From NCBI GenBank assembly GCA_035526525.1, contig DATLCG010000142.1:1-56403 (forward strand): DNA of 56,403 nt, read 5' to 3'. Source of the DNA: Candidatus Binatia bacterium. GTDB taxonomy: Bacteria; Pseudomonadota; Gammaproteobacteria; Nevskiales; Nevskiaceae. Positions within the stretch are counted from its first letter, which is position 1. Every line of letters begins with the position of its first letter. Both the position numbers and the translations under genes were made by a program. Below the pieces are notes generated by a model. It worked only from the letters and a program-made list of their open reading frames with translations. It had not been told where the DNA came from and searched no databases. This document shows, piece after piece, positions 42,263 through 50,580 of this stretch.

Positions 42263-42592
42263 ATGGATTTCCTCGCCGAGCTGTACGACACGCTGCGCGC
42301 GCGCCGCACCGCCGATCCCAACGGCTCGTACGTGGCCGGGCTGTACGCACGCGGCGAGGACGCGATCCTGAAGAAGATTGGCGAGGAGGCGGCCGAGACG
42401 CTGATCGCGGCCAAGAACGGCGACCGTGCGCAGCTGGTGCACGAGCTCGCCGACCTGTGGTTCCACACGCTGGTGCTGATGGCGGCGCGCGACGTGCCGC
42501 CGGCGGCGCTGTGCGACGAGCTCGCGCGCCGGCGCGGCACCTCGGGCCTCGCGGAAAAAGCCGCGCGCGCCCCCGTTGCAGGACAGAGGTAG
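42263..42592 (+). CDS. hisE: phosphoribosyl-ATP diphosphatase (monofunctional HisE)
   Basis: ...SYVAGLYARGEDAILKKIGEEAAETLIAAKNGDRAQLVHELADLWFHTLVLM.... 109 aa. No cyclohydrolase (HisI) domain. Confidence 0.93.
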   Translation: MDFLAELYDTLRARRTADPNGSYVAGLYARGEDAILKKIGEEAAETLIAAKNGDRAQLVHELADLWFHTLVLMAARDVPPAALCDELARRRGTSGLAEKAARAPVAGQR

Positions 42593-42595
42593 ACG

Positions 42596-42799
42596 ATGGG
42601 CACCCTGAGCATCTGGCACTGGCTGATCGTGCTGGCCGTGGTCGTGCTGGTCTTCGGCACGCGCAAGCTGCGCAACGTCGGCGGCGACCTCGGCGCGGCG
42701 GTCAAGAACTTCAAGAGCTCGATGAAGGACGGCGAGACCGAGGCCGACAAGAACGTGGACGCGCTGAAGTCGGGCGACGATCCCCAGAAGCGCGGATGA
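42596..42799 (+). CDS. tatA: twin-arginine translocase subunit TatA
   Basis: [45 protein letters not shown].... 67 aa. Confidence 0.96.
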   Translation: MGTLSIWHWLIVLAVVVLVFGTRKLRNVGGDLGAAVKNFKSSMKDGETEADKNVDALKSGDDPQKRG

Positions 42800-42845
42800 A
42801 ACGGCGTGCTCGTCGCCCTGGCGCAAGCCGGGGTCCGGCGTCTCC

Positions 42846-42863
42846 GCATCCGGCACCGGATGC
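42846..42863 (+). promoter_or_regulatory. intercistronic stem-loop between tatA and tatB
   Basis: GCATCCG gcac CGGATGC, a 7-bp perfect stem. It is flanked by a second imperfect pairing (TCCGGCG ... CGCCGGG, about 42832-42878). It sits inside the 94-nt tatA-tatB spacer. Confidence 0.35.
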
Positions 42864-42893
42864 CGGCGTGCGCCGGGACGACCCCGCCTAGCC

Positions 42894-43166
42894 ATGTTCG
42901 AAGTCGGCTTCTCCGAGCTGCTGCTCTGCTTCCTCGTGGCGCTGGTGGTGCTCGGTCCCGACAAGCTGCCGCGCGTTGCGTCCGCCGTCGGCCGCTGGAC
43001 CGGGGCAGCGCGCGGCTACCTGCGGCGCCTGCACGCGGAGCTGGAGCGCGAGACGCAAGTCGGCGAGGTCCAGAAGCAGCTGCAGGACGCGCAGCGTGCC
43101 CTGCGCGAGCAGGCCGGCAGCGTCGACGCCGCGGTCAGGAAGGCTGCCGACGACCTGAAACGGTGA
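42894..43166 (+). CDS. tatB: twin-arginine translocase subunit TatB
   Basis: MFEVGFSELLLCFLVALVVLGPDKLPRVASAVGRW.... 90 aa. Confidence 0.93.
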   Translation: MFEVGFSELLLCFLVALVVLGPDKLPRVASAVGRWTGAARGYLRRLHAELERETQVGEVQKQLQDAQRALREQAGSVDAAVRKAADDLKR

Positions 43167-43927
43167 GCGCGCCGCCGGGCCCGGGCTCCACCGAGCAACC
43201 GCTGGTCGCGCACCTCCTGGAGCTGCGCTCGCGGCTGCTGAAAGGACTGTGCGGCTTCGTCGTCGCGGTCGTGCCCGCGCTGGTCTACAGCCAGGAACTG
43301 TACTCGTGGCTGGCCGCGCCGCTGCTGCAGTTCCTGCCGGCGGGCGGCTCGATGATCGCCACCGAGGTGGCCTCGCCGTTCTTCGCGCCGGTCAAGCTCG
43401 CCTCGGTGACGGCGCTGGCGGCGGCGATGCCGTGGATCCTCTACCAGGTGTGGGCCTTCGTCGCGCCCGGGCTCTACCAGTCCGAGCGGCGCCTGGTGGT
43501 GCCGCTGCTGTTTTCGAGCACGCTGCTGTTCTACCTGGGCGTCGCCTTCGCCTACTTCCTGGTGCTGCCCGCGGTGTTCCATTTCGTCGTCGGCGTCGCT
43601 CCCCCGGGCGTCGCCGTGATGACCGACATCACCAAGTACCTCGACTTCGCGCTGACGATCTTCATCGTCTTCGGCGTCGCCTTCGAGACGCCGGTGGCCA
43701 TCGTGCTGCTGGTGTGGAGCGGCTTCGTCACGCCGGCGCGGCTCGCCGACAGCCGCGCCTACGTGCTGGTAGGCGCCTTCGTGCTCGGCGCGATCCTGAC
43801 GCCTCCCGACGTGCTGTCGCAGACGCTGCTCGCCGGCTGCATCTACCTGCTGTTCGAGCTGGGCATCGTCGCGGCCCGGGTGCTGGTGCCGGGCGCAAGG
43901 GAAGTGGAACGGCAGCAGCAGCACTAG
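43163..43927 (+). CDS. tatC: twin-arginine translocase subunit TatC
   Basis: GTG at 43163 overlaps the tatB stop (GTGA). ...PLVAHLLELRSRLLK...EVASPFFAPVKLA...WAFVAPGLYQSERR...ILTPPDVLSQ.... 254 aa, 6 TM. Confidence 0.94.
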   Translation: MSAPPGPGSTEQPLVAHLLELRSRLLKGLCGFVVAVVPALVYSQELYSWLAAPLLQFLPAGGSMIATEVASPFFAPVKLASVTALAAAMPWILYQVWAFVAPGLYQSERRLVVPLLFSSTLLFYLGVAFAYFLVLPAVFHFVVGVAPPGVAVMTDITKYLDFALTIFIVFGVAFETPVAIVLLVWSGFVTPARLADSRAYVLVGAFVLGAILTPPDVLSQTLLAGCIYLLFELGIVAARVLVPGAREVERQQQH

Positions 43928-43968
43928 CCGCTGTCGTATCCTCTCCCGGGGAATCCGGGGGAATCACC

Positions 43969-44799
43969 ATGTACTCACTGACCGGCAAGGTCGCCGTCGT
44001 CACCGGCGCGGCCTCCGGCATCGGCCGCGCGCTGGCGCAGGCCTTCGCCGCCAGGGGTTGCCGCATCGCCATCGCCGACCTGAACGAGGCGGGCCTGAAG
44101 GAAACCGCCGCCTCGCTCGGCGGCGCCGAGGTGCTCGCGCAGAAGCTCGACGTGTCGAACCGCGCCGCGGTCTACGACTTCGCCGACGCCGTTCGCGCAC
44201 GCTTCGGCACCACGCACGTGGTGGTCAACAACGCCGGCGTGGCCGTGTCGCAGACCGTCGCCGACCTGAAGTGGGACGACTTCGAGTGGCTGATGGGCAT
44301 CAACTTCTGGGGCGTGACCTATGGCACCAAGGCCTTCCTGCCGCAGATGACCGCGCAGAACGAAGGCACGATCGTCAACATCTCCAGCATCTTCGGCATC
44401 GTCGCCTGGCCGAACCAGAGCGCCTACAACGCGGCCAAGTTCGCGGTGCGCGGCTTCACCGAATGCCTGCGCCAGGAATTGCACGGCACCGACGTGCGCG
44501 CGATCAGCGTGCACCCGGGCGGAATCAAGACCAACATCGTGCGCAACGCGCGCATGTACGCGGACCACGCGGGGCGCACGGACACCCAGCAGATCCAGGC
44601 CGACTTCGAGCGCGTCGCACGCACCACGCCCGAGCAGGCCGCGGCGACGATCCTGCGCGGCGTGGAGCGCGGCGACCCTCGCGTGCTGATCGGCCCCGAC
44701 GCGAAGCTGATGGACCTCGTCCAGCGCCTGTTCCCGGTCGGCTATCCCGCCTTCACGCGCTGGCTGTCGGCGCGCGAGCTCGCCAAGCAAGCCCGGTGA
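43969..44799 (+). CDS. SDR family oxidoreductase
   Basis: TGAASGIGRA cofactor motif, NNAG, catalytic ...SAYNAAKFAV.... 276 aa from the ATG at 43969. Confidence 0.9.
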   Translation: MYSLTGKVAVVTGAASGIGRALAQAFAARGCRIAIADLNEAGLKETAASLGGAEVLAQKLDVSNRAAVYDFADAVRARFGTTHVVVNNAGVAVSQTVADLKWDDFEWLMGINFWGVTYGTKAFLPQMTAQNEGTIVNISSIFGIVAWPNQSAYNAAKFAVRGFTECLRQELHGTDVRAISVHPGGIKTNIVRNARMYADHAGRTDTQQIQADFERVARTTPEQAAATILRGVERGDPRVLIGPDAKLMDLVQRLFPVGYPAFTRWLSARELAKQAR

Positions 44800-45677
44800 G
44801 CGACGCGCTGGCCGAGTGGCGCCGCGCCGGACAGAGCTTCGGCTGGCGGGGACACGCGGTGTTCTACCGCGACCAGGGCCACGGCGACCGCGCGCTGCTG
44901 CTGATTCATGGCTTTCCGACCGCGTCGTTCGACTGGGCGAAGCTGTGGCCGGACCTGGTGCGCGAATTTCCGCGGGTGATCGCGCCGGACCTGCTGGGCT
45001 ACGGTTTCTCCGCCAAGCCCGCGGACCACGATTACACCATCGCTGGCCAGGCCGACCTGCTCGAGGAACTGCTGGCGCGGCTCGGCGTGCGCCACGTGCA
45101 CCTGCTGGCGCACGACTACGGCGACACCGTCGCGCAGGAACTGCTGGCCCGCTACGCGCAACGCCGCGGCGGAGCGCCCGCCATCGAATCCTGCGTGCTG
45201 CTGAATGGCGGCCTGTTTCCCGAGGTGCATCGAGCGCGCCTGGTGCAGAAACTCCTGCTCACGCCATTCGGCCCGGTGATCGGACGACTGATGAGCCGTC
45301 GCGGGTTCGGGCCCGGCTTTTCGGCGATCTTCGGCGCGAAGACGCGCCCGGCCGAGGAGGAGCTCGACGATTTCTGGGCGCTGGTCGAGAACCAGCAGGG
45401 CCGGCGCGTCATGCACCGGCTGATCCGCTACATCCCCGAGCGCCGGCTGCACCGCGAGCGCTGGGTCGGCGCGCTGCAGCGCACGCGCGTACCGCTGCGC
45501 TTCGTCAACGGTCCCGACGATCCGGTCTCGGGCGCGCACATGGTGGCGCGCTACCGCCAGCTCATCCCGCGCGCGGACGTGGTCGAGCTGCCCGGCATTG
45601 GCCATTACCCGCAGGTCGAGGATCCCGCCGGCGTGCTGCGCGCGCTGCGCGAGTTCCACGCGCGGCTGCAGCGCTGA
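44796..45677 (+). CDS. alpha/beta hydrolase (epoxide hydrolase / haloalkane dehalogenase-like)
   Basis: GTG overlaps the SDR stop. ...LLLIHGFPTASFDW..., nucleophile-elbow LLAHDYGD (Asp type), C-terminal ...GIGHYPQVEDP.... 293 aa. Confidence 0.85.
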   Translation: MSDALAEWRRAGQSFGWRGHAVFYRDQGHGDRALLLIHGFPTASFDWAKLWPDLVREFPRVIAPDLLGYGFSAKPADHDYTIAGQADLLEELLARLGVRHVHLLAHDYGDTVAQELLARYAQRRGGAPAIESCVLLNGGLFPEVHRARLVQKLLLTPFGPVIGRLMSRRGFGPGFSAIFGAKTRPAEEELDDFWALVENQQGRRVMHRLIRYIPERRLHRERWVGALQRTRVPLRFVNGPDDPVSGAHMVARYRQLIPRADVVELPGIGHYPQVEDPAGVLRALREFHARLQR

Positions 45678-45725
45678 ATCGCGGAGGCGTTCAAGAGCGG
45701 CCGTTCCGGCCGGTATGATCGCGCG

Positions 45726-46799
45726 ATGCCCGAATCGTCCCTGACCCTGCGTGCCGGACCGCGCGCGCTGGAGCGCATCCGGCGCGAAGGCTTCACGCCC
45801 GCGATGGTCGGCCACATCGGCGCCGCCGCCGGCGGGCCGAAATGGATGATCCTCGACCGGCTCGACCGCGCGCTGTTCGGCACCTGGTTCCGCGACCACA
45901 CGCAGCCGGTGATCGCGGTCGGCGCCTCCATCGGTGGCTGGCGTCTCGCCTGCGCCGCACAACGCGACCCGGTCGCGGCGATCCAGCGCTTCGAGGATGC
46001 GTACCTCGCGCAGGCCTACGCCGCCGACGCGGGCCCTGCCGACGTCAGCCGCGAAGCGTGGCGCATCCTCGCCGCCGTGCTCGGCGAGCGCGGTGCGGGC
46101 GAGGTGCTGGCGCACCCGTGGCTGCGGCTCAACGTGGTCGCCGCGCGGACGAAGGGCTGGATCGGATCGAGCACGCCGTCGTTGGAGGCGCTGGGCTACG
46201 CGGGGGCGCTGCTGGCGAACGCGGTGTCGCGACGGCGGCTGGCGGGCCACGTCGAGCGCGTGCTGCTGCACGTGCCGGACGGCGCGCTGCGCGCGCAGCC
46301 CGACGGCTTCGTCACGCACCACGCGCCGCTGACCACGGACAACCTGCCGTTCGCGCTGATGGCGAGCGCCTCGATTCCCGGCGTGATGCCGCCCGTGCGC
46401 GACATCCCGGGCGCGCCGCCGGGCCCGTACATCGACGGCGGCATGATCGACTACCACATGGACCTGCCCCTGCCGCCCGCCGACGACGGCCGCATCGCCT
46501 TCCTGCCGCATTTCTCCGAGCGCGTCGTCACCGGCTGGCTCGACAAGTTCTTGCCGTGGCGCCGCGCGCAGAACCTCGACGGCACGCTGGTGCTCGCGCC
46601 GTCGCCGGCGCTGCTGGCGCGGCTGCCCGGCGGGCGCATCCCGGATCGCCGGGACTTCTCGCGTTACAAGGGCCGCGACGCCGAGCGCATCGCCGCATGG
46701 AAAGGTGCCATCGGCGAAGGCCAGCGCATGGCGGACGAGTTCCTGGAGCTCGCGCGCACCGAACGCTTCGCGGCGGCGGTGCGGCCGCTCGTCCCGTGA
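45726..46799 (+). CDS. patatin-like phospholipase family protein
   Basis: 357 aa. GxSxG as VGASIGGW and the dyad Asp in YIDGGMIDY. Confidence 0.75.
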   Translation: MPESSLTLRAGPRALERIRREGFTPAMVGHIGAAAGGPKWMILDRLDRALFGTWFRDHTQPVIAVGASIGGWRLACAAQRDPVAAIQRFEDAYLAQAYAADAGPADVSREAWRILAAVLGERGAGEVLAHPWLRLNVVAARTKGWIGSSTPSLEALGYAGALLANAVSRRRLAGHVERVLLHVPDGALRAQPDGFVTHHAPLTTDNLPFALMASASIPGVMPPVRDIPGAPPGPYIDGGMIDYHMDLPLPPADDGRIAFLPHFSERVVTGWLDKFLPWRRAQNLDGTLVLAPSPALLARLPGGRIPDRRDFSRYKGRDAERIAAWKGAIGEGQRMADEFLELARTERFAAAVRPLVP

Positions 46800-47254
46800 C
46801 CTTGCCGCGCATCGGCGATGCGCGCGCCGAGGACGACGCCGCGATCCGCGGCCTGCTGTCGGCCGTGCAGCTCCCGGTGACCGACCTGGACGCGGCCGCC
46901 TGGCAGCGATTCCAGGTCGCCCGCGACGGCGGCCGCATCGTCGGCAGCGTGGCGCTGGACCGTGCGGGGGATGCCGCGCTGCTCCGCTCGCTGGCGGTCG
47001 CGCCGGAAACGCGGCGCCACGGGCTCGGCCGCGCGCTGGTGCAGGCCGCCGAAGCGCGGGCACGCGAGCTGGACGTGATGACCCTGTACCTGCTGACGAC
47101 CACGGCCGCGCCCTTCTTCGAGCGCCTCGGCTATGTGCCGCTCGACCGCGCCCGCGCACCGCAGGCGATCGCGGCCCTGCCGCAATTCGCGGGCGTGTGC
47201 CCCTCCAGCGCCGCGCTCCTGCGCAAGCGGCTCGCGCCAGGGGCGGCGTCTTGA
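46796..47254 (+). CDS. arsN2: GNAT N-acetyltransferase, ArsN2-type (arsenic-resistance associated)
   Basis: GTG overlaps the patatin stop (alternative TTG at 46802). ...ALLRSLAVAPETRRHGLGRALV...LYLLTTTAAPFFERLGY...FAGVCPSSAALLRK... matches my recollection of ArsN2. Sits directly upstream of arsC. Confidence 0.7.
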   Translation: MTLPRIGDARAEDDAAIRGLLSAVQLPVTDLDAAAWQRFQVARDGGRIVGSVALDRAGDAALLRSLAVAPETRRHGLGRALVQAAEARARELDVMTLYLLTTTAAPFFERLGYVPLDRARAPQAIAALPQFAGVCPSSAALLRKRLAPGAAS

Positions 47255-47754
47255 GCCCCCGGGCCTGCAACGTGCTGTTCCTGTGCACCGGCAACTCGGC
47301 GCGCAGCGTCATGGCGGAGGCGCTGCTGAACCGGCTGGGGCAGGGGCGATTCCAGGCGTTCAGCGCCGGCAGCTTTCCTGCAGGCCGTGTCAACCCTTTC
47401 ACGCTCGAGCTGCTGCGCTCGAAGGGCTTTCCGGTCGATTCGTTGCGCAGCAAGAGCTGGGATGAGTTCGCAGGACCGGACGCACCCGCGATGGATTTCA
47501 TCTTCACGGTCTGCGACAACGCGGCCGGGGAGGCCTGTCCCCTGTGGCCCGGCCATCCGGCAACCGCGCACTGGGGTTTCGAGGACCCGGCGGCCTTCAT
47601 CGGGCCCGATGCGGAAAAGCGCCGGGAATTCGAGAGGGTCTTCACGAGCATCGCCGCGCGCGTGCAGCGATTCGTTGCGCTGCCGCTCGACCGGCTGGAC
47701 CGGACGTCGCTGCTGCTCGAGCTGCGCCGCATCGGCGACGAGAAGCCGGCATGA
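47251..47754 (+). CDS. arsC: arsenate reductase, LMW-PTP/thioredoxin-coupled type
   Basis: TTG start overlapping the upstream stop. P-loop VLFLCTGNSARSVMAEALL and the Cys pair in TVCDNAAGEACPLWPG. 167 aa. Confidence 0.88.
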   Translation: MSPRACNVLFLCTGNSARSVMAEALLNRLGQGRFQAFSAGSFPAGRVNPFTLELLRSKGFPVDSLRSKSWDEFAGPDAPAMDFIFTVCDNAAGEACPLWPGHPATAHWGFEDPAAFIGPDAEKRREFERVFTSIAARVQRFVALPLDRLDRTSLLLELRRIGDEKPA

Positions 47755-48425
47755 CGCCCGCGCGCCAGACGCTCGCGGAGGCCGCGGGAACCGCCTTTCT
47801 CCTCGCCACCGTGGTGGGCTCCGGGATCATGGCCGAGCGCCTTGCCGGCGGGAACGAGGCCGTGGCGCTGCTCGCGAACGCCCTGGCCACGGGCGCCGGC
47901 CTGTTCGCGATTCTCTCGACGCTGGGTCCGGTCTGCGGCGCGCACCTGAATCCCGCGGTCACGCTGGCGCTCGCCGCACGCGGTGATTTCGCGTGGCGCG
48001 GGGTGCCGGCTTACCTGGTCGCACAGCTCGCGGGCGCCATGCTCGGTGTCTGGGCCGCGCATGCGATGTTCGGGCTCGACGTGCTGCAGCTCGCGTCGAA
48101 GCCGCGCCTTGGCGGTGCCCTGATGTGGAGCGAGTTCGTCGCGATGAGCGGACTGCTGGGCGTCGTGCTGCTCGGCTCGCGGCACCGGCCCGAATCGGTG
48201 CCGGCCGCGGTCGCCGCCTTCATCACCGCGGCGTACTGGTTCACCGCCTCGACCTCGTTCGCCAACCCCGCGGTCACGCTGGCCCGCGCATTCACCGACA
48301 CCTTCACGGGCATCCGGGTCGGCGACGTGCCGGGGTTCGTCGCCGCGCAGCTCGCAGCGACGACGGTTGCCGTCGTTCTCGGGCGCCTGGCGCGCCCGCG
48401 GCCCGCTCCGAGCGCGGGGCGATGA
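47751..48425 (+). CDS. MIP/aquaporin family channel (AqpS-like, probable arsenite channel)
   Basis: 224 aa. Two NPA boxes (GAHLNPAVTLA, SFANPAVTLA), six TM. ATGA overlaps on both sides. Confidence 0.88.
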   Translation: MTPARQTLAEAAGTAFLLATVVGSGIMAERLAGGNEAVALLANALATGAGLFAILSTLGPVCGAHLNPAVTLALAARGDFAWRGVPAYLVAQLAGAMLGVWAAHAMFGLDVLQLASKPRLGGALMWSEFVAMSGLLGVVLLGSRHRPESVPAAVAAFITAAYWFTASTSFANPAVTLARAFTDTFTGIRVGDVPGFVAAQLAATTVAVVLGRLARPRPAPSAGR

Positions 48426-48838
48426 GTCTCGACATCGGCACGCTGACGATCCCCGACGCGGAAATCGAGATCAGCACGATCCGCGCCCAGGGCAAGGGCG
48501 GGCAGCACGTCAACAAGACCGAGTCCGCCGTGCACCTGCGCTTCGACGTGCGGGCGTCATCGCTGCCGGAATCGGTGAAGGAGCGGCTGATGGCGCTGCA
48601 CGACCGGCGCGTCACCGCCGATGGCGTGGTCGTGATCAAGGCGCAGCAACACCGCAGCCAGGAGCAGAACCGCGCAGAGGCTCTGGCGCGGCTCTCGGAG
48701 CTGGTGCAGCGCGCGATGCAGCGGCCTGCACGGCGCATCGCCACGCGCCCGACACGGGGCTCGAAACGGCGGCGCCTGGAGGGCAAGCTGCACCGCTCCG
48801 GCGTCAAGGCCCTGCGCGGGCGCGTGAAGGACGACTGA
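48422..48838 (+). CDS. arfB: alternative ribosome-rescue factor ArfB (peptidyl-tRNA hydrolase)
   Basis: ...IRAQGKGGQHVNKTESAVHLRFD... GGQ motif plus the basic C-terminal tail ...RPTRGSKRRRLEGKLHRSGVKALRGRV.... 138 aa. Confidence 0.93.
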   Translation: MSLDIGTLTIPDAEIEISTIRAQGKGGQHVNKTESAVHLRFDVRASSLPESVKERLMALHDRRVTADGVVVIKAQQHRSQEQNRAEALARLSELVQRAMQRPARRIATRPTRGSKRRRLEGKLHRSGVKALRGRVKDD

Positions 48839-48869
48839 GCGGCGCCCTCGTGCCGGGCGTGGAACGGCG

Positions 48870-49553
48870 CTAGAAGCCCACTGGCGCGGCGCCTTCGCGA
48901 TCCGGCCCACGCGACACCGGGTTTCGCATTGCACGAGCGTCGCGCGGCTCGCGTCGGACGCGCGCTGGCGCGGCCGCCTTGCCCCAGCTGTATCCGGCCA
49001 GCGCGGTGACCTGCAGGTAGTCGGCGTCCGCGGTCCCGCCGAACAGCATGAGGTCGCCGCCGCGCAGCATGCGCACGTCGCCGCCGACGTTGATGTGGCG
49101 GCCGATGCTGACGATCAGGCCCGTGTGCACGTACCACGCGCCGGTCTCGTCGGCGTCGCTGACGATGTCGCCGGCCACGACGGTTTCCACGCGCGCATGC
49201 ACGAGCGCGCCGCCGGCGCCGAGATACGGGCGCAGCAGCCGGGATTTCCAGGGCGACCACACGGCGCCGAGGCTGAGCTCGTCGGTGGTCGAGGTGACGT
49301 CGCGCCCTGCGACGCGCGCGCTGTCCACGCCGAAGTGCACGCCCACCTCGGCGTTGAGCGGAAAGTGGCGCTCGCCGAAGTCGGCCTGGAGGGCGATCGC
49401 GCTCTGGTCGCGGTACTCGCCCCACGCCGTGTCGTCGCGCATGCCGCGCCAGCCGACCAGCAGGTCGGCATTGCCTTCGAAATTGGCCGAGCCCGCCGCG
49501 GCGGGCAGCGCCGTCAGCAGGAGCGGGAGCAGCAGCATCAGGCGCCGAACCAT
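48870..49553 (-). CDS. outer-membrane beta-barrel protein
   Basis: Signal peptide MVRRLMLLLPLLLTALPAAAG, alternating beta-strand pattern, C-terminal Phe (...APVGF). 227 aa from the ATG at 49553. Confidence 0.65.
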   Translation of the reverse strand: MVRRLMLLLPLLLTALPAAAGSANFEGNADLLVGWRGMRDDTAWGEYRDQSAIALQADFGERHFPLNAEVGVHFGVDSARVAGRDVTSTTDELSLGAVWSPWKSRLLRPYLGAGGALVHARVETVVAGDIVSDADETGAWYVHTGLIVSIGRHINVGGDVRMLRGGDLMLFGGTADADYLQVTALAGYSWGKAAAPARVRREPRDARAMRNPVSRGPDREGAAPVGF

Positions 49554-49657
49554 GCACGTCTCCGTCGCGAGCAGTCGTCCAGAGCCTACGCCGAAGGACG
49601 CGACCGTGTGCCCGGACGCGCGGTTAGGATGGGCACTCGGCATCCCGGGGCAGTCCT

Positions 49658-49945
49658 TTGCTCACGCACAACCGCTATTTCGACGACAAGGTCCAGAGCA
49701 TCGGCTTCGCACGCAACGGGCTGAAGGCCACGGTCGGCGTGATCGCACCCGGCGAGTACCACTTCGGCACGCAGGCGCCGGAGCGCATGACGGTGGTCAG
49801 CGGCACGCTCGCGGCGAACGTGGCCGGCGCCGGGTGGGTGACGTATCCGGCGGGAACCTCGTTCGAGATCGGCGCGGACAGCGGCTTCGACGTGCGCGCC
49901 GTCGGCGGCCCCGCGGCGTACCTGTGCGAGTTCCTGCCGCGCTGA
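49658..49945 (+). CDS. ppnP: pyrimidine/purine nucleoside phosphorylase PpnP (DUF1255)
   Basis: ...NRYFDDKVQSIGF...PGEYHFGTQAPERMTVVSGTL...YLCEF.... 95 aa, TTG start. Confidence 0.88.
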   Translation: MLTHNRYFDDKVQSIGFARNGLKATVGVIAPGEYHFGTQAPERMTVVSGTLAANVAGAGWVTYPAGTSFEIGADSGFDVRAVGGPAAYLCEFLPR

Positions 49946-49958
49946 TGGCGTCGCCGCG

Positions 49959-50570
49959 GTGACCGCCTCGCACAGGTCCGACACCCGCTTCGGCCGCGCG
50001 GTGGCGCTCGCCGCGCTCGTGCTCTGCCCGGTGGTTCTCGGGCTCGTGGTGGTGTTCGTGGTGCATCCGGACGCACTGCGCCGGGCGTCGACCGCCGGCC
50101 CGCCGCCCGCGCCGCTCGCCGTGCCGCCACCTTCCGCCGAGCGCGTGCTGGTGCAGGGCTGGAAGAAAGGCGAGCTGCAGAAGGCGCTGGCGGATTTCGC
50201 GCAGCTCTACGCGACACAGCTTCCGGCGGATTTTGCGACCGCGATCGCGGCGGGTCGCGACGGCGCGTGGCGCGTGACGCTCCCGGTGCCGGTCGCGGCG
50301 CCGCTGTTCTGCTTCCTGGTGAATTACCTGCAGTACCCGAAGGACCTCGATCCGGGAAAGCGCCACATCGTCGTCGGCGGCATCCTCACGGCGGGCGGGC
50401 AGGACGCGCTGGTCTACGTGCCGGAAGGCGCGCGCCGCTACGACCTGGTCCACATCCGCATGGGCGAGGGCACCTTCGCGATGACCTTCGACGACCTCGA
50501 GCCGCGTCCGGCAGAGTCCGTGGTCCCCGAGGCGCTCGACCGGCTGCTGGCGCGGGAGCCCGCTTCCTAG
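49959..50570 (+). CDS. hypothetical membrane-anchored protein
   Basis: 203 aa. N-terminal TM (AVALAALVLCPVVLGLVVVFVV), Pro-rich linker, about 130-aa globular part. I do not recognise any family. Confidence 0.55.
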   Translation: MTASHRSDTRFGRAVALAALVLCPVVLGLVVVFVVHPDALRRASTAGPPPAPLAVPPPSAERVLVQGWKKGELQKALADFAQLYATQLPADFATAIAAGRDGAWRVTLPVPVAAPLFCFLVNYLQYPKDLDPGKRHIVVGGILTAGGQDALVYVPEGARRYDLVHIRMGEGTFAMTFDDLEPRPAESVVPEALDRLLAREPAS

Positions 50571-50580
50571 CGGCCGCGAT

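Noticed and set aside
44742-48185. 1147-aa minus-strand ORF
   Set aside because: It is antisense to six plus-strand genes with clear motifs (hydrolase, patatin, ArsN2, ArsC, MIP). It has no recognisable domain and a low-complexity composition.
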